From NCBI RefSeq assembly GCF_009914755.1, contig NC_060929.1: DNA of 64,000 bases, one strand, 5' to 3'. Of this stretch, positions 55,432 through 64,000 are shown one piece after another (within the stretch, counting starts at the first letter, position 1; every line of letters begins with the position of its first letter). Below the pieces are notes generated by a model. It made no database searches, had not been told where the DNA came from, and saw only the letters and a program-made list of their open reading frames with translations. The DNA comes from the human T2T-CHM13v2.0 reference genome, Homo sapiens. Both the position numbers and the translations under genes were made by a program.

Positions 55432-55556
55432 GGCTGGGTGTGGTGGCTCATGCCTGTAATCCCAACACTTTGGGAGGCCAAGGACTGCTTGAGCACAGGA
55501 GTCCAAGACTAGTCTGGGCAATAAAGCAAGACCCCATCTGTACTTTTAAAAAAAAG
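55432..55556 (+). mobile_element. FLAM-like Alu monomer
   Basis: ggctgggtgtggtggctcatgcctgtaatccc...gaccccatctgtac plus A tail. Confidence 0.82.
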
Positions 55557-56569
55557 AAGGGACAAAGCTGATGATACATGCTACAAAGCACATGGATGAA
55601 CCTTGAAAACATTATGCTAAGTGAAAGCAGCGAGAAATAAAAGGCCACATAAGGTATTCTTCCAATTATATGAAGTGTTTAGAATAGTCCAATCCCAAGA
55701 CAGAAGGTAGATGAGTGATCACCAGGGACTGGGAAGAAACACAGGCTGACTGCTAATGAGTGTGAGGGTTTTAGAGCGCGATGAAAATGTTCTGGAACTA
55801 GACAATGGTAATGTTATAGAATGCTGCAAATGTACTAAAGGCCACGGAATTACACCCTTTAAAATGTTCAATCTTATGGCATGGAAACTATATCTCGGTA
55901 AAGATGTTATAAAAGCATAGGAAAGCTAAAATTCAAAAAAGTTAGCTGAGATATTGGAATCAGGACTGCATTTACCATATCCTAGGGAATCACCCTAGAC
56001 TTCAACTCCTTGTTACAAGTCTGCCTCCCCCTTCACCGCATGCTAAGCTTCTTGAAGGCAAGGACATGTCTTCTTCATCATCATATCCCTAGCATCCGGC
56101 CCAGAGTCCACCGCACTGCGAGTCCTCAAAATTAGGTGAATAAATAAAACATCTAAGCTCTGCCACTAACTAGCTGTGATGATCACCAACACAATCCTTT
56201 ACTCTCTGAGCCAGATGTGTAAAATGGGGCCACACCTACCTTAAAAGTGCTGAGTGTTAACTGAGACCATAATGTAAAGCTCCCAACACACAATACATGA
56301 TCAACACGTTAGCACTCTTCCCCTTAAAAAGGTGATCAAGAATTTCATGTCATGAAACAGAAGACTGTTCTCTCTTCTGGACCGATGGCTTTTCCTCCTA
56401 CCTTGCCTACAACTCTACAGATATACAGAGTGGGATGGCCTCAAGGGTTCATAAGCACAGAGGAGAATAAAGATCTTGCCAGGTACCAGGTTGGTATAAG
56501 CCACCTCTGCTTTGTCTCTGTTCTAAAAGGGACAGGAACAGGTAGGGTTATGACTGCAGACATACTTAC

Positions 56570-56819
56570 TTTGATGGTCCTGTCACCAGAGGCAGACACG
56601 ATGTACTTGTCGTCAAAGTCTACTACATTGACGGCAGCCCGGTGGCCAACCAGGACACGGCGTAAAGTGATGTCGGTCGCAGAAGCCATGTCCCACACAG
56701 CAATGGAGCGGTCCTTGGAACAGGTCACCATCAGTCCATTGCTGAAGCGTAAGTGCAATACAGCCTCATTGTGGTGGATCAATGTGTTAAGAACTTCACC
56801 CGTGTTCACATCCCACACT
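56570..56819 (-). CDS. FBXW11: FBXW11 coding exon (250 nt, phase 2 to 0), two WD40 repeat units
   Basis: ctcctag|AGTGTGGGAT...ACCATCAAA|gtaagt; encodes (R)[83 protein letters not shown], visible inside ORF 56441..57001. Confidence 0.98.
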
Positions 56820-56900
56820 CTAGGAGAGAAGAGAAAAGCATGATGCTTAATTATGGAGACAGCCAGGAAATGATTCTGGTATCTGAGCTCTGTCTGGGTC

Positions 56901-57323
56901 TGCAATGGTTTGGATATAGTTTGTCTGACTCTACCAAATCTCATGTTGAAATTGATCCTCAATGTTGGAGGTGGGGCCTGGCAGGAGATGTTTTGGGTCA
57001 TGGTGGTGTATCACTCATGAATGGCTTGGTGCCATTCTCATAGGAGGGAGTTCACTCTTAGTTCCTGAGAGAACAGGTTGTTGAAAAGAGCCTCCTAGCA
57101 CCTCCTCCCTCTCTCTTGCTTCTCTCTCACATGTGATCTGCACATGCTGGCTCCCCTTTGCCTTCTGCCATGAGTAGAAGTAGCTCGAAGCCCTCATCAG
57201 AAGTAGATGCTGGTGCCATGCTTCTTGCAGAGCCTGCAGAACCATGAGTCAAATACACCCCTTTTCTTTATAAATTACCCAGCCTCGGGTATTCCTTTAT
57301 AGCAATACAAATGGAGTAAGACA
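56901..57323 (+). mobile_element. MSTB-like solo LTR with perfect 5-bp TSD, antisense to FBXW11
   Basis: tgcaatggtttggatatagtttgtc...ttataaattacccagcctcgggtattcctttatagcaa...taagaca; GGGTC at 56896-56900 and 57324-57328. Confidence 0.92.
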
Positions 57324-57923
57324 GGGTCTATTCTTAATGAACCTAAGGACATGATTAAAAGGGGCCCCTAAAAGCAATTTCTTTATTTGCTGAGAAGTGC
57401 TGAGATGGTTTCAGAAAAGGTGGCTAATTCTGGCTCTGCCTGAGTTTAGGTATATTTAGCAGTCAGGTATTTAGGGACGGTGTTTGCAGGCTCGTGCTGA
57501 TGGCAAAAGATGATTCCTCTAGATAGTAGATTTTGTATTGAGTCTGAGATGACAGGAAGAAGGAGGCTTGTTGGCTGAAGAACTGAGAATGGTTCCAAGC
57601 TTAGTTCTTGTTGACCTCTGACAGGCCTCTGAGTCTATCAGTTATCCACTGCAAACTGGGTAAGTCATGATGCCTCATCAATCACCGCATCCACTTCTTT
57701 ACCCAGCTGCTTTATGGACAAAGCCAGGGTCTCCCAACTGCTTTGTAGATCCAGGGATCTGGAAGCAGCATTTCCACATCACGGCTTTTCTGTAACCCTC
57801 ATCTCCTAAGAGGACAAGTTCACATAGGGCAGAGGGGGAAAGACTCAGGCCTCTGAGGCTGAGACATGATCTCTGGCAGAAGCAGGGGTACGGAAGCACT
57901 GAGTCCAGGAGAGGATACTAAGC

Positions 57924-57965
57924 ATGCTTCAAGCAGGGGTGGCGATGCTTCCAGCAGGGGTGGCG
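57924..57965 (+). repeat. 21-bp direct repeat x2
   Basis: atgcttcaagcaggggtggcg / atgcttccagcaggggtggcg (1 mismatch). Confidence 0.85.
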
Positions 57966-58295
57966 AAAGAGTCCAGGAGTGACTCCTGGAAGTGAGTGTC
58001 TCCTCTCTGCTCTGGACCACATAACCAAAAGAAGAAAGCCAGCCTAATACTTGGTATATGCTCTTACAGGAAAGCATGTTGTCATCTCTACAATGAACAG
58101 CAATAGGAATAGAACACCCTTAACAAAAATTAGCTTTCCTGCCTAATTTGCGCAAACATGTCTACAATAAAAGTAGTTTGAAATACAGCATGTAAAAATG
58201 TAAGTTTGTGTATGCCTCTCCCAGAGGAGGATGTCAATCTCAGACTTTCTCAGGGAAGGCTTACAAGTTAAGAACAATGAAGCCAGATCACTCAC

Positions 58296-58414
58296 CTCAC
58301 CGTAGAATCTGAAGAGCCAGTTACAATGACACGCTCATCATACTGCAGACAGAGGACAGAGCCTGTGTGTCCTGTTAACACTTTCAAACATTCCAGGCTG
58401 GTTTTATCCCATAT
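58296..58414 (-). CDS. FBXW11: FBXW11 internal coding exon (119 nt, phase 0 to 2), one WD40 repeat unit
   Basis: Reverse complement reads caatag|ATATGGGAT...ACGGTGAG|gtgagt and translates [39 protein letters not shown](R), which I recognise as beta-TrCP2; canonical AG/GT; joins the next exon in frame. Confidence 0.97.
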
Positions 58415-58716
58415 CTATTGAGACAAGATTAGCCACAAACGATGATTAATTATACTATATTTTGATGAATGTTACTGTCCCACCTTATGTTCTGATTATA
58501 AAATAAAACACACTTGGGTTACAGTAAATAAGAAACACTGAATAACAAACAGGTAAGAAATGACAAGAAGGAATACAGACAATAGTGATTAACTACTAGG
58601 ATAGATGTGCTATTTTGCTTAATTTGAACCCTTAGCTATTGATCTCAGTATACTTATCAACAGCCTCATAAAGGGGACTTCTTAAAAATAAAATCTGTGA
58701 AAAGAATTCGCTCACT

Positions 58717-58835
58717 GACTGGGTGCTGTGGCTCATGCCTATAATCCCAACATTTTGGGAGGCCGAGACAGAAGGATCGCTTGAGCCCAGAAGTTAAAAG
58801 ACCAGCCTGGGCAACATACCAAGCCAATCTCCATA

Positions 58836-58879
<44 letters not shown>

Positions 58880-58887
58880 AGACAGAG

Positions 58888-58923
<36 letters not shown>

Positions 58924-59070
58924 AATTAGCCAGGTGTGGTGGTGTGTGTGCCTGTAGTCCCAACTACTCAGGAGGCTGAGGTGACAGAATTGCTTGAGCC
59001 CAGAAGGCAAGGCTGCAGTGAGCCATAATCACACCACTGTACTCCGGCCTGGGCAACAAAGCAGGACTCT
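58717..59070 (+). mobile_element. AluJ-like element whose linker carries a (GT)n(GA)n(GT)n microsatellite (58838-58920)
   Basis: Left arm, compound microsatellite, then aattagccaggtgtgg right arm. Confidence 0.9.
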
Positions 59071-60984
59071 GCTTTGTCATTTTATTTTTATGTCTCATAA
59101 AAATATTAATGAAAAAGAATTGGCTCACTCTCTGGAAAGCAACATGACAACGTCTATTAAGAGGTTTTACAAATGCATACCCCTACGTTTACAAAAACAA
59201 AAAGTGGAAAATGAAATGTCCAGCATTTCATAAAAGTCTCAAAGTAAACTATGAAGTGTTTAATGAGAAAATATCATGCTTTATTACAAAGTTAAGCATT
59301 TTAAAAATCAGAACAAAAATTATCTGTAAAGTGACACAATGACTATGTATATTTTAGAAAAGGAAGAAAGGATTAAAGGAGGTAAAATGTTGTGAACAGT
59401 TGTTTTCACACTCTGAGTGTTCCTTTTCTCGCTTCTTTTACTGCCTCCATAGACTTGTCTTTTCTAGAATGTCACAGATTTGGAATCATACAGTATGTAG
59501 CCTTTTTAGATTGGCTTCTTTCACACAGTAATACACACTTACGGTTCCTCCCTGTCTTTTCATGGCTTGATATACATTCCTTTTTAGTGCTGAAAATTAT
59601 CCCACTGTCTAGATGTACTACAGTTTATTTATCCATTCACCTACTGAAGGACACCTTGGTTGCTTCCAAGTTTGGGCAATTATGGGTAAAGCTGCCATAA
59701 ACATCTGGGTGCAGGTTTTTGTGTAGACCTAAGTTTTCAATTCTGTTGTGTAAATACTAAGTGGTATATATGGTAAAAGTATGTTTAGTTTCGTAAGAAT
59801 GCCAAACTGCCTTCTGAAGTGGCTGTACTATTTTCCATTTCCAACAGCAATGAATGAAAGTTCCTGTTCCTATTGCTCCACATTCTCACCAGCATTGGGT
59901 GTTGTCAGTGTTCTGGATTTTGGCCATGCTAACAGGTGTGTAGTAGTGTCTCACTGTTATAATTCACATTTCTCTGATGACTTACAATGTGTAACATCTT
60001 TTCACATACTTACAATATGCCATCTGTATATCCTTCTTTGGTGAGATGTCTGTTAAGGTCTATGCCTTATTTTTAAAAATCAGGTTAAGCTAATTGTTTT
60101 TTTTCTTACTGTTGAGATTCAAGAGTTCTTTGTATGTCTTTTGCATACATTTTCTCTAGTCTGTGGCTTGTTTTTTCATTCTCCAGACAATGTCTCTCAC
60201 AGAGCAGAAATTTTTAATTTTAACAAAGTCCAGCTCATTAATTCTTTCTTTCATGGGTCATGGCTTTGGTATTATATCTAAAAAGTCATCAACAAATTCA
60301 AGATCATCTAGATTCTCTCCTATGTTACATTCTGTGAATTTTAAGATTTTGTGTTTTACAGTCAGGTCTTTAATCCATTTTGAGTTAATTTTTGTGAAGT
60401 ATATAGGATCTATGTCTAGACTGTTTAAGGGTAAGGGAGGCAATATGGTGTCTAATTGCTTCTGCCCCATTTGTTGAAGACACAATCTTTTCTCTACTGT
60501 ATTGTCTTTGCTCCTTTGTAAAAGATCAGCTGACTATATTTATGAAGGTATATATTTCTGGGCTCTCTATTCTGTTCCATGGATCTAGCTGTCCATTCTG
60601 TTGCCAGCACCACACCACTGTGATGACTGCAGTTTTACAGTAATTCTTCAAGTAGGGTAGTGTTAGTCCTCTGTCTTTATTCTACTTCAGTATCATGCTG
60701 GTTTTTGCTTGTCCATATAAACATTACAGTCAGCTGGTAGATATCCACAAAATCACTTGCTGGGATTTTGATTGAGACTGCATTGAACCTACAGACCAAT
60801 TTGGGAAGAAATGACTGACATCCTCACAATAGTCTTCCTACCCATGAGCATGAAATATCTCTCCCCATTTATTTAGTTCTTTGATTTCTTTAATCAGTTT
60901 TATAGTTTTCTTCACATAGATCTTATAAATATTTTGTTAGATTTATACCTAAGTATTTCATTGGTGGGGGAGGTGCTAATATAA

Positions 60985-61283
<299 letters not shown>

Positions 61284-62611
61284 ATGTTATTGTGTTTTTA
61301 ATTTCACATTCCACTTGTTCATTGCTGCTATATGGGTAAGCAACTGACTTAAGTATATATTAACCTTGTATCCGGCAAACTTGCTATAATCATTTATTAG
61401 TTCTAGGAGGTTTTTTTTGTTGATGCTTTCATTTTTTTCTACAATCATGTCATCTACAAGCAAAGACAGTTTTAATTCTTCCTTCTCAATTTGTATACCT
61501 TGTCTTAGTGTGTTATCTAGGAGTTCTAATACAATGTTGAAACATAGTGGTGAGTGGGGACATCTTTGTCTTATTCCTGACCTTAGTGGGAAAGTTTCAC
61601 ATTTCTCAGCACTGTGTGTGACGTTAGCTATAGGCTTTTTGTAGATACTCTTTATCAAGTTAAGGAAGTTCCCCTCTATTCATAGTTTACTAAGGGTTTT
61701 TATCACGAAAGAGTGTTCAATTTTCTCAAACGCCCTTTCTGCATCTATTGACGTGATTTTCTTCTTTGGCTTATTGATATGACGGATTAATTGATTTTTG
61801 AAGGTTAAACATGAAGATATTGGTCTGTGGTTTTCTTTGAATGTCTTCATCTAGTTTAGTACTAAGGTAACAATGGCCTCATAGAATGAGTGATGAAATA
61901 TTCTCTCTTCTTCTATCTTCTGGAAGAGATTGTAGAGAACTGGTGTAATTTCTTACTTAAATGTTTGACAGAATTCACCAGTAACTCATCTGGGCCTGGT
62001 GCTGTTTTGGAAAGTAATTAATTATTGACTCAATTTCTTCAACAGATAAAGGCCTATTCAGATTACCTATTTGTTTTTATGTCAATTTTGGAAGACTGTG
62101 TCTTTCAGGGAATTAATTCATTTCATATAAATTATCAAATTTGTAAACAGGGAGTTGATCATATTATTTTATTATTCATTTAACGCTCATGAGAGCTATA
62201 GTGATGTCTCCTCTTTCATTTCAATATTAGGAATCTGAGTGCTTTTTTTTCTATGTTAGCATAGCTAACGTAATTATCAATTTTACTCATCTTTTCAAAG
62301 ACACATCTTTTGGTTTCCTTACCTATTTCTATGGATTTCCTGTTATCAATTTCATTGATCTCTGCCCTACTTTTCATTAACTCTTTTATTCTGCTTACTA
62401 CGGATTTAAACTGTTCTTTTTCTAGTTTCCTAAGGTGGAAGCTTAGATGACTGATTTTTAGTCTTTTTTCTAATATATGCACTCAATACTATAAAATTCT
62501 AAGCTTTCACTGCATCCCACAGATTTTGATAACTTGGGCTTTCATTTTCATTTAGTTACACCCACCCACACATGCACACATGTGCACACACACAGCGAAG
62601 GAGGAGGGAGA

Positions 62612-62893
62612 GAAAGTCTCACACCGTCACTCAGGCTGAAATACAGTGACACAATCACAGCTTACTGCAGCCTTTGACCTCCCGGGCTCAGGTGATCCTC
62701 CCACCTCAGCCTCTTGAGTAGCTGGGACTACAGACGCATGCCACAATGCCCAGCTAATGTTTTTTAATTTTTTTGTAGAGACAGGGTCTCCCTATGTTTC
62801 CCAGGCTTGTCTCAAACTTCTGGGCTCAAGCAATCCTCCCACCTCAGCCTCCCAAAGTGTAGGGATTACAGACGTGAACCACTGTGCCCAGCC
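62612..62893 (-). mobile_element. Alu (AluJ-like)
   Basis: Reverse dimer; tail region replaced by CA/GA-rich sequence. Confidence 0.9.
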
Positions 62894-63064
62894 TCAAAAT
62901 ATTTTTAAAATTTCTCTTGAGATTTCTTCTTTGATCCATGTGCTATTTAGAATTATGTTATGTAACCTTAAAGTATTTAGGAATTTTTCCAGCTTCTTTT
63001 TTTTTACTGATTTCTAGTTTATATCCACTGTGGTATGATTGGACATTGTATTAATTTCTAGCCT

Positions 63065-64000
63065 TTCTTTTTTTATTGCTTTTATTTTTTTATTTTTCCA
63101 TAAGCTATTGTACAGGTGGTATTTGGTTACCTAAGTTCTTTAGTGGTGATTTGTGAGATTCTGGTGCACTCATCACCCAAGCAGTATATACTGCACCATA
63201 TTTGTAGTCTTCTATCCCTTGCCCCCCTCCCACTCGTCCCCCCAAGTCCCCAAAGTCCAATGCATCATTCTTATGCATTTGCGTCCTCATAGCTTAGCTC
63301 TTACATAACAGTGAGAACATATGATGTTTGGTTTTTCATCCTGAGTTACTTTGCTTAGAATAACAGTCTCCAATCTCATCCAAGTCACCGCAAATGCTGT
63401 TAATTCATTCCTTTATATGGCTGCATAGTATTCCATCATATATATATCAGTCACAGTTTCTTTATCCACTCGTTGAGTGATGGGCATTTGGGTTGGTTCC
63501 ACAATTTTGCAATTGTGAATTGTGCTGCTATAAACATCCATGTGCAAGTGTCTTTTTTAAATAATGACTTATTTTCCTCTGGGTAGATACCCAGTAGTGG
63601 GACTGCTGGATCAAATGGTAGTTCTACTTTTAGTTCTTTAAGAAATCTCCCCACCCCACAACAGGCCCCAGTGTGGGGAGGCGGGAGGGATAGCATTAGG
63701 AGATATACCTAACATTAAATGACGAGTTAATGGGTGCAGCACACCAACATGGCACATGTATACATATGTAACAAACCTGCACGTTGAGCACATGTACCCT
63801 AAAACTTAAAGTATAATAAAAAAAATAAAAGAAAAAGAAATCTCCACATTGTTTTCCATAGCAGCTGTACTAGTTTACATTCCCACCAGCAGTGTAGAAG
63901 TGTTCCCTGTTCATCATATCCATGCCAGCATCTACTGTTTTTTGATTTTTTTATTATGGCCATTCTTGCAGGAGGTGGTATCACAATGTGGTTTTGATTT
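63065..64000 (-). mobile_element. L1PB-like 3' end (runs off the window)
   Basis: ttctttagtggtgatttgtgagattctggtgcac...cccaagtccccaaagtcca; ORF2 C-terminal peptide ELPFDPAVPLLGIYP...FIAAQFTIAKLWNQPKCPS. Confidence 0.9.
63651..63834 (+). mobile_element. Young 5'-truncated, 5'-inverted L1PA insertion with 11-bp TSD
   Basis: L1PA 3' terminus (gggatagcattaggagatatacc...cacatgtaccctaaaacttaaagtataataaaaaaa); aagaaatctcc at 63640-63650 and 63835-63845. Confidence 0.93.

Larger units (their letters stand above)
54140..55910 (+). mobile_element. L1M (L1MB-like) ORF2 end and 3'UTR, interrupted by Alus and a non-L1 insert
   Basis: aactcaaaatggatcaaggacct...aatatttgcaaatcatgtatctgataaggg...catggatgaaccttgaaaacattatgctaagtgaaag...gatgaaaatgttctggaactaga. 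Confidence 0.85.

Noticed and set aside
56352-56843. 163-aa plus-strand ORF overlapping the 250-nt exon
   Set aside because: Antisense shadow of the FBXW11 WD40 exon; no independent protein features.
56441-57001. 186-aa minus ORF as a stand-alone gene
   Set aside because: Only 56570-56819 is exonic; the N-terminus comes from the MSTB LTR and intron, the C-terminus is intron read-through.
57924-57965. 21-bp repeat as duplicated CTCF sites
   Set aside because: CCAGCAGGGGTGGC breaks the CCASYAGRKGGC register; weak match.

Overview
Primate (very probably human) genomic DNA, rich in Alu, L1, MaLR, MIR and L2 repeats. The right third holds the 3' half of FBXW11 (beta-TrCP2, the SCF E3-ligase substrate adaptor) on the minus strand. 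Six GT-AG coding exons (58414 down to 48934) splice in frame into the C-terminal WD40 propeller ending ...TYTYISR*. They are followed by a 3'UTR intron and a ~2.55 kb non-coding terminal exon (44400 to ~41845). Positions 1-41.8 kb are gene-free downstream DNA made of repeats plus a few non-repetitive motif-rich islands that may be enhancers or promoters; from memory, this side faces SMIM23/FGF18 on human 5q35.1. Nearly all ORF-track entries are spurious. I see no clear new biological system. The best hypotheses are an in-frame, stop-free two-exon WD40 module flanked by inverted repeats (circRNA or rolling-circle candidate), a possible intronic poly(A) site that swaps the whole 3'UTR without changing the protein, an orphan promoter-like motif cluster, and several informative retrotransposition scars. 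Repeat family calls and boundaries were made by eye and are approximate.
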